Origin: Asterias rubens
Taxonomy: Eukaryota
Length of the DNA stretch: 64,000 nt
NCBI RefSeq assembly: GCF_902459465.1
Contig: NC_047082.1
Span: 5,580,001-5,644,000, forward strand
Direction of reading: 5' to 3'
The first letter of the stretch is position 1. The number at the start of each line of letters is the position of its first letter. Under the pieces are notes generated by a model. The model did no database searches. It had not been told where the DNA came from and saw nothing but the letters and a program-made list of their open reading frames with translations. Shown piece after piece: positions 35,949 to 48,600 of the stretch. The position numbers and the translations under genes were made by a program.

Positions 35949-38900
35949 GGTGTGAGGACTGTGGAAAAAGCCATATGGGGGATTGCCCAGTACATGGACC
36001 TTTGTTAAAGGTTAGGGATAAAGTGATACCTACAAGAGCAAGACTGACTTTACCCCACTACCTCATGTTAAAAGAGCTGGAGCTACGCACTGCAAACCAA
36101 CAAGGTAAATTTATAATACATGTACAGTGATGATAGCCAATCTTATTTTTCACTTAAAAAAAGAACATTTCCCAATGTGTTAAAAGTGAACATGCATGCA
36201 TTGAGCTGCTACAATTTTCCTGATTAATGTAGTTCTGACTTACCCTATCACAACCCTGATATGTTGGGGTATTCCGCCCGGAACACCTCTTGTTAGTTGT
36301 TTGGAGCGAAGCACAGACACCTCTTACTAGGTGTTGGGAGCGAAGCTCGGACACCTCTTACTAGGTGTTGGGAGCGAAGCTCGGACACCTCTTACTAGGT
36401 GTTGGGAGCGAAGCTCGGAACACCTCTTGTTAGAAGTTTGGAGCGAAGCTCGAAACACCTCTTGTTAGTTGTTTGGAGCGAAGCTCAGACACCTCTTACT
36501 AGGTGTTGGGAGCGAAGCTCGGACACCTCTTACTAGGTGTTGGGAGCGAAGCTCAGAACACCTCTTGTTAGAAGTTTGGAGCGAAGCTCGAAACACGTCT
36601 TGTTACAACCAGGTGTTTGGAGCAAAGCTCTTACTCTATGTAGGTGTTCCAAGCAAAGCTCGGAACACCTCTTAATACATGTTTGGAGTGAAGCTCGGAA
36701 CACCTCTTACTTGGTGGTTGGAACGTAGCTTCGAACACCTCTAGTTAGGTGTTTGGAGCGAAGCTCAGTACACCTCGTACTAGGTGGTTGGAGCTAATTT
36801 TTTGTTAGGTGATTAAAGCGAAGCTTGGAACAAATCTTAGTAGGTGTTTGAAGCAAAGCTCGGAACAGCTCTTACATGTCTTAGATGTTTGTTGAGAAGC
36901 TTGGAGAACCTCATTTGAGGTGTTTGAAGAGAAGCTGGGAACACGTCAATTTTGGTATTTGGAGCGAGGCTCGCAACACCTCTTTCTCGATGTTTGGAGT
37001 GAAGCTCGAAACACCTCTTGTTAGGTGTTTGGAACAAAGCTAGAGACACCTCTTACTAGGTGTTCGGAGCGAAGCTCGAAACACCTCGTAATACATGTTC
37101 AGATCGAAGCTGGGAACACCTCTTACTTGGTAGTTGGAGCGAAGCTTTGAACACCTCTTGTTAGGTGTGAGGAGCGAAGCTCGGAATACCTCGTACTAGA
37201 TGTTTGGAGCGAATTCTTTTTAGGTGATTTAGGTGTTTGGTATTTGGAGCGAAGCTCAGAACACCTCTTTTTAGGTGTTCAGAGCGAAGCTCGAAACACC
37301 TCTTACTTTTAATTTTGTTCAGGTGATTCAGGCATTGAGCTTGGAACACCTCTTATTATACATGTAGATACAAACACTACATGTAAAGGTTTGGTTTGTC
37401 TTAAAACTCCTTGCCCGTCACATATTATGCTGAACATAGTAACGTTTGTAACATGTTATTCTCACCTCTTGTTCTGTGCTTTTCTCTTTACAGTATTGGG
37501 AGTATTTGCTCGTAAGCTTATTCAGCAAAGAACACAGTTTGGTCCATTTATCGCCCCAAGAGTTCCAAAATTGGAGATCGTACCACCTGATAATAAACTC
37601 ATCTTCAAGGTAGTATTTTTGTGCAAAATTGAAGAAAAAAAACCAGTAAATCTGCCACGTTCTTCTGACAAATTGTGTGAGTGAGCATGTCTTAAAATGG
37701 CATTAGTGTTTGGTTTGTTTTACAGAAGCAACAAATAATGAGGATGGATTTACTGGAATGAAAAAGGCTGTTGTCAAAGTGAAGGATTGGTCAAAATAAA
37801 ACAAATTATGTATTCAATGGAGGGAAATGTACCATTTCTAGAGCGAGAAAGGGACAATACTTTAGTTTTCTTAGAATTGAAGGTTAATGTACCAGCCAGT
37901 TGTTTCCCCACTTCAGTGCGTTCTCTAAGAGAACATCTTACATCACATTTCATGTACAATCTAGTATAATCCCATTTACATAGTTGTCTTTATAGTGTTA
38001 CAGTGTTAAAATACCAATAACAATTTCTGTCCATTCTGATAAAACTTGAAGGTGTTCAAGAATAAAACTGAAGTCTCCACACTAGACCTCAGCAATGAAA
38101 ATGCCTGCAGTTGGATGATGTTTGTGCGAACTGCGACAACATTTGAGGAACAAAACTTGGTTGCCTATCAGTTCAACCAGGAAATCTACTTTGCTACTTG
38201 TAAAGTAAGTCACTCTGATTTATTATTATTTTTATGGGGTTCATATTGTGTTATGCCTGGTTGGTGGTGTGTGATGGAATAAGTCAAGTTGTTGTAATGT
38301 CAGCGTCCGGTACCATCAAATTTGTCTTGCATTCATGATAGGCCCTAGCATGCCTAGTGTGCGGATAAAATATTTACGATAGTCTAGTGATAATATTAAC
38401 AATGTTTTGCACCAAGACTGGCGCATCTTGTGCATAAAACATTGCTTCACCAATTTGATAAAAATTTGACCAGAAAAGACATCCTCGATTATAAATGAGG
38501 TCAATGTGCTGGTACTTTACCAACTGAGCTACATGTACATACAGCCATGTGTTGGCAGTCCGAAGGTCATTGGTTTAAATCCTGCCCTAGTAAAATTCTC
38601 TTAATTCAACCCCAATTAATTTGAAATTGACCCAGTCAGTCCCCTTGGATTATTTTTTTTTTATTAATCAGTTTTCACCCTAAACTACTATGTTGTTTCA
38701 CTTACTGAGTTGAAATTCCATTAGACTGAGTGCCACCTATGGGTTGGTATGAGAGAAGCATGGGCACAATCATCATTCACGACATCGGCAGTTCAAATGT
38801 GACAAGCGGGAATTTTTCTTTCTTTGATCTCTTCCTTAAACCACGTCAATTTATGACAATCCATGTAGCACAATGAGTGCATGCCCTGTGCAAGCTGCAC

Positions 38901-39823
38901 AATTGAATGTCCGCGCATGTTAACATGTACCCTCTTTGTTTTTGTCATACCCCCAAAAAAAATTCCAACAATCGCATCTCAGTTGCAACAATTGTACTAC
39001 TATATGTACTCTAACATTAATCATTATCAGGCTTTTATTTGTGTGTTTGTGAAAGTTTGATTTACACTCTTCCAGCTTTAAGTGTTAATCAAAATAAATT
39101 CTCTCATGCTACATACTGAACATGTACAACTGCTCTTATTTTTAACTGGTGGGTAATAAATACGTGGTTGTTACGTAGAAGTGTCATGGCCGAGCGGTTA
39201 AGAGCACCGAAGTCAAACTCTGGTGTTTCTGATCAGCAAAGTGTTTGTTTGAATCCCTCAGTCAGGACACTTATACAAGTGTCATTTAAAGCAAGACACT
39301 TAACCATTGCTTTTTCCTTCGTATGGGATGTAAAGCCATTAGTCCCATGTGTTGTGTAACGCATGTACACAATGTAAAAGAACCCAGTGCACTTATCAAA
39401 AAGAGAAGGGGTTCGCCCTGGTGTTCCTGGCTGTGGGTGCTGAATGCGCCATAGTACCTTGTTAACGTTACTGTGCACATAATTTGGTCGCAGAATTCAT
39501 AACCTTTCACTAACCTCCTTTCTGTATCAATGTATATACATTGTAGATGTACATGTAGGCCTATTAAGCGCCTTGAGTACCCTGTTACGTGTGCTACATG
39601 TGTATTTAAGACTTCCATATTATTATTACGGTTATTCCTTGTCAGTGTTGAACATCTCATGCATTAATACATTTCTGCAAACATTTGTGATTGGAAAGAG
39701 ATTTTCCCTTGTGTATTTTTTTGCTGTTCTAGCCTGTGGCACCCCATGCAGAGCTGAAAGTGTGGTATGCTTCTGACTATGCTGGGATCATGAACGTGGA
39801 ATTGCTGCATACAGATATCCCAG
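35949..39823 (+). CDS. PRDM10/PRDM15-type zinc knuckle plus PR/SET domain exons
   Basis: Spliced peptide (W)[101 protein letters not shown] carries the PRDM hallmarks [21 protein letters not shown] and ELKVWY. Confidence 0.92.
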
Positions 39824-42800
39824 GTAAGATTACAAAACTCTTTTAAAAACTCATTACTTCCATAATTGTATTCCCACTACTGAGATAACAAAAATATAAA
39901 AATGATTAAAAACTATGGCGTTTGTTTTAACAATGAATCAACCACCTTGGAAACTGTCACCTTCGGTTTATGGCAACCATTTGCATCATCTGTGACTGGG
40001 GCTGGTTTAAGGCCTGTGTTGTGCACTGTCTGATCTGCATGCTGTAAGACCATACCCTTGCTTGTTTTGGTGCCATGTCAACTTATGTACAAGGTTTCTA
40101 AAACACATAAGTTAGTGAAATACGATCAACCCCCCTCAGTGGGCGTAGCAGTACATGTACATGTACAGGTGTATGTACAACCAGTCAATACTAGTAGCTG
40201 CTATTCAATGAGCGAGTTTGAACTGTTTTGCATGGACGAGGGAGGAGGTGGAGCTTGATTATGGCTTCTAACACAAGACTGAAATAAATAGTGATTGTCA
40301 ATACATAAAACCAATTGAGGTTCGTTTTTTAACACTTTTGCATTCACACCTGTACAAGATTCATTCCTTTAATTGTCCTTTGTTTCTGCCACTATTGAAA
40401 AGGCTTGTTTTAGTTATTGATAGTCATTTCAGTTCTGGTGTTATCAATTGAAAGTAACCATGAACTCACCATTCAAACAATCTGTTGAATTGTCATTCAA
40501 GTTAGGGATCACATCTAAGAGAAAACAGGGTTTTGATTATGGTGTTCAAAATCAGTTGCAGCAGTTTGTGATATATTCAATTGTTGCTCACTTTATTTTG
40601 ACAGTATGTAAAGTCAGATGTACATGTATGCTAGTATTGAAATTGACTTTGTAAGGGGCAATTCAAAATTGTTGATGTTTTTTTTAATTCGACTATTTTT
40701 TTAATTAGTTGGTTGATGGGTCATGGTACATTAAATAATAAAAGCTAGATCGTTTGACTTGCCTGCTTACCAGCGTTCCTATGCGCGTGATGACCCGAGG
40801 TACAATGTGTACACAGACATTACATTATAATCTGTACAGCATGTGCATGACTCACCACTATGCAACACCATGTGCGTGGCCCATGTGAAACACCATTGGG
40901 AGTATGGCCCGCGTGTGATTCGGAACAACGGACGAGTCCACTTTTCTATTTTACTTGCAGCGGTCGAGTTGGACAACGAAAGTGTTGGACAACAGGCGAG
41001 TTGAGCTTTTAAGTTGAAAGCACAATGGTCGAATTAGAACAACATTCGAGTTGGTAAATGGTCGAGTTGGTTGGAATGGAGTTTGGCAAGCAGTGGTCGA
41101 GTTGACTGGAATCCATAACTTTCCAACCATCATAAACATGGCTGCCACCATGGATGTCAAATGCGAGTGCAATATACATGTACCATGTAGGTAGCAACCG
41201 CAGACCTAGTAAGTCTCACGCTTTTACGCAACGCAACCATTCTCTCACGCCTTGGGGCCAGACCAGGGGAAAAAAATAATGCACAATCTTCAGATTGCAA
41301 GCAGTTTTTCAGAACTATCAACTTAGGCTGGCATACAAACAGAGCGTGAATTTGCAGATTGCGCACGCTTTTGCTCTCTCACCAGATTCAGCTGACAATT
41401 TGGCAATTCGGCAATTCAGCAGAGCGCAAAACGCGAATTGTGCACAAGTTTGTCCCGATTCGTTTAGCAATTTGTTGAATGCGCTCAACAAGCATAGACT
41501 CATCAACACAACAGGCAGTCATGAGCGAAGGACTTTGCACATCATTTTATAGCCGGAAATTAATTTTCTTGGGGGAAATAATCTGTCACAATCGTACCTC
41601 CACATTAACCAGCAACATCGCCTGTGTACCTCATGTGAGTTTTAAGTACATATACTGAAAAGGTTTGAATGCAGTTTGAAACACTTTTTCCTCCACAGAA
41701 AAAAATTCTGCAAATTTTTTGTATTTAGCCGTTCTTTTTATTATTTCATTCCGGAGCAATTTTTGTCTTCTTCTGGCGGCGATTCCGTTAATTTCTGGGT
41801 AAAACTTCTTTTTTTTTAGGGGGGTTAAAAAATCTCATGCATAGCTGGCCTATGAACTTGGCACCCATCTTCACAGGTTTTGGTCACAACAAAAATTGAT
41901 GAGAAAAAAAAGTTTTAGCCTGGTCCGGTGTTATATACGATGCCTGAATATGCATTAACATCCATTCATAAATACCTCAGGCAGTTTCGCTATTCCTATT
42001 GGTGGAGAGCGCGTCACATGGGTGTGTATAAATCTTTGTTTATAACCAGTAAGAAGTGTTAAAACATAGGCGTGACATGCGAGCTTGCACCTGTGCTTAT
42101 AAGACAGTTTCTTCATTCCTATTGGTCGAGAGCAACGACTGAAACAGTTGTGCCACATCACGCGATACGCGCGACGCGCACAGCATTCCCTTATAAGAAG
42201 TTGTTTACCCGAGGGCGGCGGAGGACCTTACCATTTCATAGCTGGAGGGGTGTTGTGTTGAAAGAAATCATTGTAGAATTAAAATTTTTGCATTGATTTT
42301 ACTTTTTGACCAAAAAGTGTTGATGTTTTTTTGACCGTAAAGGTATTTATGAATGGGAATCAAAGTGTGTTGAATCGGTTTTCAACTAGTGGTTTAAACC
42401 GGCCTAGGCCTGGTTCTTGATAATTTACCTCGACGAAGTTGAAAACCTCTTCACCACACGTTGATTCCCTTATGCACACAAGTAAAAGTACATAATGCAA
42501 GTACATTGCCAAATGCAAACCACTTGTAGTTTTATTTTTAATACTGCATAATAAATCAATTTTTTTATAATAAAAATTAGGGGTGGGTAGGTAAAAAACA
42601 TCGAAATTTTAAAACATTGAAAGTTTTGAATGTCCAAGTGAAATACGCTTTAACTTTTTTTTTCTTTTTCTTATTGCAGATAATTCTCCAATTGATCATT
42701 CAAGTTCTTCTATTTCAAAATTACAAGTCAGTGATGATGCAACTAACATTGATGTCAAACAAACAACACAGGTACAGGTAAGTAAAGAGTTAATGTTTGG

Positions 42801-45638
42801 GAGATCTAAGTTACGTGATTTAACATCCATGCATATACTGGAAGTCGTTAAACTTATCATTGTTTGCAGGGACATTCAAACAAGCATGCATGTTGCATAA
42901 TTCATGTTATTCAATTATTATTATATATTACCAAAGGTTATATCACTCAGTGAGCAATTAACTATCTTCAAAGCTGATATTTGTTATGGTATGTGTGTGA
43001 CCGTTCCTGAAATTCGCAAGGTATCTCCATCATGATCAGGATATTAAAGCCATTGGACACTTTCGGTACAGACAAAAAAAAGTTCACAGATTTACAAATA
43101 ACTTACAGGGTTTACAGAAGGTAATGGTGAAAGACTTCTTTTGAAATATTATTCCATGAAATGCTTTACTTTTTGAGAAAACATTAAAACAATATAAATT
43201 CTCGATATCGAGAATTACGGATTTATTTTAAACACATGTCATGACACGGCGAACCGTGCGGAAACAAGGGTGGGTTTTCCCGTTGTTTTCTCCCGACTCT
43301 GATGATCGATTGAGCCTAAATTTTCACAGATTTGTTATTTGATATAGAAGTTGTGGTACACAAAGTGTGGGCCTTGGACAACACTGTTTACCGAAAGTGT
43401 CCAATGGCTTCAAGCAAAATTTTCTTTTTTACGTTGCCACATTAGAGTCAGATTCAGCCAAGTCATTAACCCATTACCTTTTTCTGATGACAAAATCAGA
43501 AATGTTGGGTGCGTTTGTAAATTTTTTGCTCAAAACTAACAACTGTCTGTCAAAAGTATCTTAATCTTCTCAATCTTTACCTTAAATGTTGTCAAAGGCA
43601 GTGGACACCTTTGGTAATTGTCAAAGACCAGTCATCTCACTTGATGTATCTCAACATATGCATAAAATAACAAACCTGTGAAAATTTGAGCTTAATTGGT
43701 CGTTGAAGTTGCGAGATAACTATGAAAGAAATCACTCTTGTCACACAAAGTTGTGTGCTTTCAGATGCTTGATTTTGAGACTTCAAAATCTAATTCTGAG
43801 GTCTTGAAATCAAATTTGTAGAAAATTACTTATTTCTCGAAAACTACGTCACTTCAGAGGGAGCCGTTTCTCACAATGTTCTCAACTTCTCCCCAATACC
43901 CGTTACCAAGTAAGGTTTTATGCTAATAATTATTTTGAGTAATTACCAAAAGTGTCCACTGCCTTTAAAACAATTTTGTTTGTACATTAAAATTATCAGT
44001 TAAAATTAAATTGTACCGCTACATCTACTTTGACAGCTTCATTTACTGAACCATTTTTTTCCCCACATTATGTTTTAGGACAAAAACAATAACAAGATCA
44101 GTAGAAACAGCTGTGAACCCTGGAAATGCTCAAATTGTAATAAGATGTTTGGAACCTTTTTTCTACTTGAGCAACACTCCTGTGAGTCGAAGAAAGCCAA
44201 ACGAGGACAGAAACCAAACAAGCACCTTCGCAGGAAACTGAATGCAAGAGAGTCACATCTTCGCAAGCATAAAGATCAAGAAATGAAGCAAGTGGCACAG
44301 GTCAAAGAACTAACACAGGTCAAAAATGAGGTTATTCAAGGATGTTCAAAGCCAAAGGTCAGAAAAGATCATGTAACATATGCTTGTCATTTGTGTCCAA
44401 AGGTGTTTTTAAATTCGGACAAATTGAAAACACACAGCTACATCCATACAGGGGAGCGCCCTTTTCCTTGCACAAGTAAAGATTGCACCAAGGCGTTTAT
44501 CTCAAAATACAAATTATTACGCCATGTGACGACCCATTCTCCGATGAAAGTTCATATTTGTTCATACTGTGACAAAAAATTCCATCGTAAAGATCACCTA
44601 AAAAACCACTTGCAAACCCATGACCCTAATAAAATCTCCTTTAGGTGTGGGGATTGTGGGAAAATGTACAACACTAAACCAGGGTTCAAGAAGCACATTG
44701 CTCTTCATGCTGCAGCGTCAGGAGAGCTCACTTGTAAAATTTGTGATAAAGATTTTGGAAACACACAAAGTTTACTTGAACATATCAAACTTCATTCAGG
44801 AAAATCAAATGGCGCTAAAGAGAAAAGACATCGGTGTGAACATTGTGATAGACAATTTTACACAAGAAAAGATGTGAGGAGACATATGGTTGTACATACA
44901 GGCAGAAAAGACTTTCTATGTCAAGCTTGTGGGCAAAGGTTTGGTCGTAAAGATCATCTTGTAAGACATACAAGAAAAAGCCATGATAGTAGCGAGCAAT
45001 TACGGGTTAAATTAGGCGAGCATTTGCAAACTGTGGGATCAGCAACTGTTCAACAGATGTTAGATATGCAGCAATTCCAAGGACAAATTCATATTCCTCT
45101 GCCTCAAGGTAATCAATGCTCAATTGGACAAATGACATCTTCTCACCAGTTAACAGATTTGTTGAAGATTCCTCCAGTACCAACACCTAGGTTCTCCAAC
45201 AAGACTGCGCAGAAGGTTTCATCACCTAAGGCACCTGTTAGATTGATGATAGAAAAGACAACAGTGGATACATATTTAGACTCTGGCAACCTTAAAGGAA
45301 TATCAGGAGCAGATTCATTCCACTCAGGATCTGTTGATTTAGGTCAACTTTTAGGCTTTCTACCAATCCAGCAACATTCTCCAATACCACCACCAACTCC
45401 TCCGCAAACTTTGACACCCACTTCCCCACCTAACACACTACCTCACAGCCCTATTACAATATGTCTACCCCAACATCAGCAATCCCAGCAACCACTCCAT
45501 CCACAAATGCAGCATCAATCACAACAACAGCTACAAACTATGCAGTCACCATGTACAGACAACATTCATAGTATGGTGCAAGTACCATTTACCAATATGC
45601 ATTCTGCATTGCCACGCTTCCATCAAGCTTTCCAGTAG
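35949..45638 (+). CDS. PLAG1: PR/SET-domain PLAG-family zinc-finger protein; exons 35949-36104, 37494-37609, 38052-38204, 39733-39823, 42680-42777, 44079-45638
   Basis: Six GT-AG exons with continuous phase (1/1, 1/0, 0/0, 0/1, 1/0, 0/stop). The N-terminal part has a zinc knuckle [17 protein letters not shown] and a PR/SET domain. The terminal exon has seven PLAG-type C2H2 fingers and ends LPRFHQAFQ*. The symbol denotes the PLAG1/PLAGL2 family, probably a pro-ortholog. Confidence 0.88.
36283..37352. repeat. 34-35-bp minisatellite (about 30 units) in an intron of the PR-PLAG gene
   Basis: Unit GAGCGAAGCTCGG(A)ACACCTCTTACTAGGTGTTGG, decaying toward the 3' side. Confidence 0.95.
39178..39575 (+). 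mobile_element. tRNA-derived SINE
   Basis: Head GTGTCATGGCCGAGCGGTTAAGAGCACC (A-box) and TTTGAATCCC (degenerate B-box), followed by a GCAAGACACTTAACC core. Confidence 0.75.
44079..45638 (+). CDS. PLAG1: Terminal exon: seven C2H2 zinc fingers plus Pro/Gln-rich PLAG C-terminal region
   Basis: ORF 44145-45638 extends upstream to the acceptor at 44078/44079. It contains [72 protein letters not shown] and LPRFHQAFQ, which I recall as PLAG1/PLAGL2 signatures. Confidence 0.95.
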   Translation, partial: DKNNNKISRNSCEPWKCSNCNKMFGTFFLLEQHSCESKKAKRGQKPNKHLRRKLNARESHLRKHKDQEMKQVAQVKELTQVKNEVIQGCSKPKVRKDHVTYACHLCPKVFLNSDKLKTHSYIHTGERPFPCTSKDCTKAFISKYKLLRHVTTHSPMKVHICSYCDKKFHRKDHLKNHLQTHDPNKISFRCGDCGKMYNTKPGFKKHIALHAAASGELTCKICDKDFGNTQSLLEHIKLHSGKSNGAKEKRHRCEHCDRQFYTRKDVRRHMVVHTGRKDFLCQACGQRFGRKDHLVRHTRKSHDSSEQLRVKLGEHLQTVGSATVQQMLDMQQFQGQIHIPLPQGNQCSIGQMTSSHQLTDLLKIPPVPTPRFSNKTAQKVSSPKAPVRLMIEKTTVDTYLDSGNLKGISGADSFHSGSVDLGQLLGFLPIQQHSPIPPPTPPQTLTPTSPPNTLPHSPITICLPQHQQSQQPLHPQMQHQSQQQLQTMQSPCTDNIHSMVQVPFTNMHSALPRFHQAFQ

Positions 45639-48600
45639 TACTCAATGTTCTCATATCTATATTTATTTTACAATTGTTCATGTTGTTATATATAAACTCA
45701 ACATTTTCAAAAACAAAATGAAACTTGTCTTTGAATAACAAGGAAACCAGGAAGGAGAAAATGGAAGACTCAACAAGATATATAACTTACATTGAACAGC
45801 TTATTCAATGATTGGGCTCTACGCATTATAAACTCAGATATCCCAAAATTAATGTGCTACCTTGTTTTATTCATTTTGGGTGATAAGGTCAGTGGAAATG
45901 TTAATGTTGATTTTTAAGGGACGATACAACTCAATTTGGAGTTTCCTCCTTATTTTAGATAAAGGGATAAAAGGGTAGCAACGAGTTCTTAAACTGCCAG
46001 TTAAAAACAAATGTTAAGTTTTTATCCTTTGTGAATTAACAATTTGAACAGCAGTTTAATTACATGTCATTGACAGCACTCCTTAATTTAATGTTTGGCT
46101 TTGTCAATTGTTGACTTCATTGTCAAAGACAAGAGCGGTGTTTGAAAGGTCAATGGTATGGTTATCTCTGTTTCGGGAATTTATATGTTTTCAGTTTCAT
46201 TCAAGTGTAATTGGGAAGTGTTTACAAATATTGACTGTTCCAATGCTATGGTTGAAACATCAACTGCCCAGGAGATTTTTCACAGGTGAAGCCAAGGGAA
46301 AATGGAATTGTCCAATCATCAACGAGGGAGTCATAGTTGCAAGAACATAACCATATATTAACCATACATGTATATTTGCTAACACATCATACTTTACACT
46401 ACCACATAATTATGTCTTGGTACCAAGAAGCTGTCATTGCTACAGTTTTAGTACATGGGTTATGCCGGCCTACTTTAAACCATTCACATGGCAGATTTAG
46501 GTACATGTGTGTGGGGGCGTTATAACACTACAAAACCATGATCATGATTCCACTCCCAAATACACAGCCATTAATTAGCACTATTAGACTCTTCATTCTG
46601 TGTACATACAGACAGACTTAATTTAACGATTGTCATTCAAGCTTATTATGGATATGTTTGCGCATGGATAGCTGCCGACTGGGGTTGGTTTGCCACAATG
46701 TGAAAGTGCACTCGATTCCACAAATTAAAGCTAATTCTGACTTCTTATTTATTTGTATTTTGTTATTTATATTTTTGTATAATTCTGGGTTTGGTTTTTT
46801 TATATTTTATGTTGTGTGCCCCAAAATTACAGTTTTTTCATCTGAACCATAGTTCCCCAAAATGTTCAGCAGATGAAATCCACAGCTTAACAAAGATGAC
46901 TCATATTCAGGACAACGCTGTAGTACACTGCATAGACTTTATACACTAAGCCAATCCTGTATCAGTTTGTTAGTCACACTGTATACTGATACCCTATAAG
47001 GGTAGGAACTCCAATACAAAAGCTCATATTGTACACAACAAGTACATTATTTTGTAGTAAAAAATGTATCAACAAAAGTTTTTGCAATAGTGTAAAAAAA
47101 CATTAACCAGCATTTATTTATTCCATTTAAGTAAAACCATGCATATAAATGTATAATCACATTAAGGCATTACGCATCCAATTGTAAACCAACCAATGTG
47201 ATGACATTTGACATTGTGCATTGCTTCTTATTGTTATCATAACATTGAATAAACACAGTTGATTTGTTTGTAAAAAATATACCTAAAATTTAACCTTTAA
47301 ATTTTAAAAGAAAAATGAATGATGTTATTGTATCCCAAGAATCTCAATAAGGTTAATGCCTGATTATTAATTCCTGATACTTTGACACATTTTAGTCTGT
47401 GAACTATTGTCACAAAATAAATAACATCTTCCCTCACCAAGCAAGAAACCTTATAGCATTTAATACAATAAATAATTCTCGCTAACCTTTTTATTTATAC
47501 TTGACAGTATTGAGATTTTAACTATTTGTTTGTAGGATATTTATTTTTATTATCCATTTGATCTGGTTTAAGGTTATTGTTGCAAATTAATGTGCAATTT
47601 AAATAAGTTGTGTGTGCGGGAAGTTAAATTTGTATTATGTTTAATAGTTGTTAGGATTGTAAGCAGAGGTTGTTTTATGTTTTGTGAATTCGTTACCATT
47701 TGTTGATCAAGTATTAGTATTGCAACAAGTTTGTTGTGTCAGCTTTGTTTGTTGCAGCTTTTTATACAACTGAAGATATTAACTATTTGGACAGATAATC
47801 AAGTAGTGAAAGGCTAACCATTTTCCCGTATATGTACAAAGCCTATTCGTACTGCTTGATTATTGTGAAAAGAGACCATGCACAAATTAACCAGTCTATT
47901 AGCTGCCACCAATAACCTGAGATTTGTACCATTTTCATTGGTAAATGCGCTTGTTTGATATTTTAAAATGTATTCCAGTCACTGCTTTATTTGTTATCTG
48001 TAGATTAATATTGAAATTCTTTGAAATCCAAAAACTAAGTAGAGCTTTACTTATTTAATTTCTATTTACTTATAAATGTTAACAACAACATGGGTTGTTA
48101 AATTACTTTCAAAAAAAGAGTCTAATACAAACTCAAAGTATACGGACATTATCACTTTTAATTCGTGATGTTGTACAGATAGATTGTCCTCCAATTTGTC
48201 TGAAAGAGGAGGTTCAAGCTCGAATTAATTTTTGTGACAAATTTATTTTCCAATAGATTTGGGTGCATATGGAATTGAGAAGATATGGGGTATCTAACCT
48301 ACATGACCGTTAGATAATCTTCCAGTGCCAACTTAGTCAACTTAAATAACAGTCAAATGTTGCAGCATCTGTGATTTTCTGTTGCTTATAGTTTCAGAAT
48401 TGTTGTATTCATATTAGGGCAATTAAAATAGTTAATGTTTGCGTGGGACCGGATCTCTTACCAAATGATGAAATAAGAAATGCCCCTTTTTACACAAAAA
48501 TGGGTTTGGTTTTGGGTTTGTTTGGTGGCATCTGGTGTTGAACAATAATACTTCCCTTATGCATATGTGCACGATTTCAACAAGAAATAATGTCCCTCAC

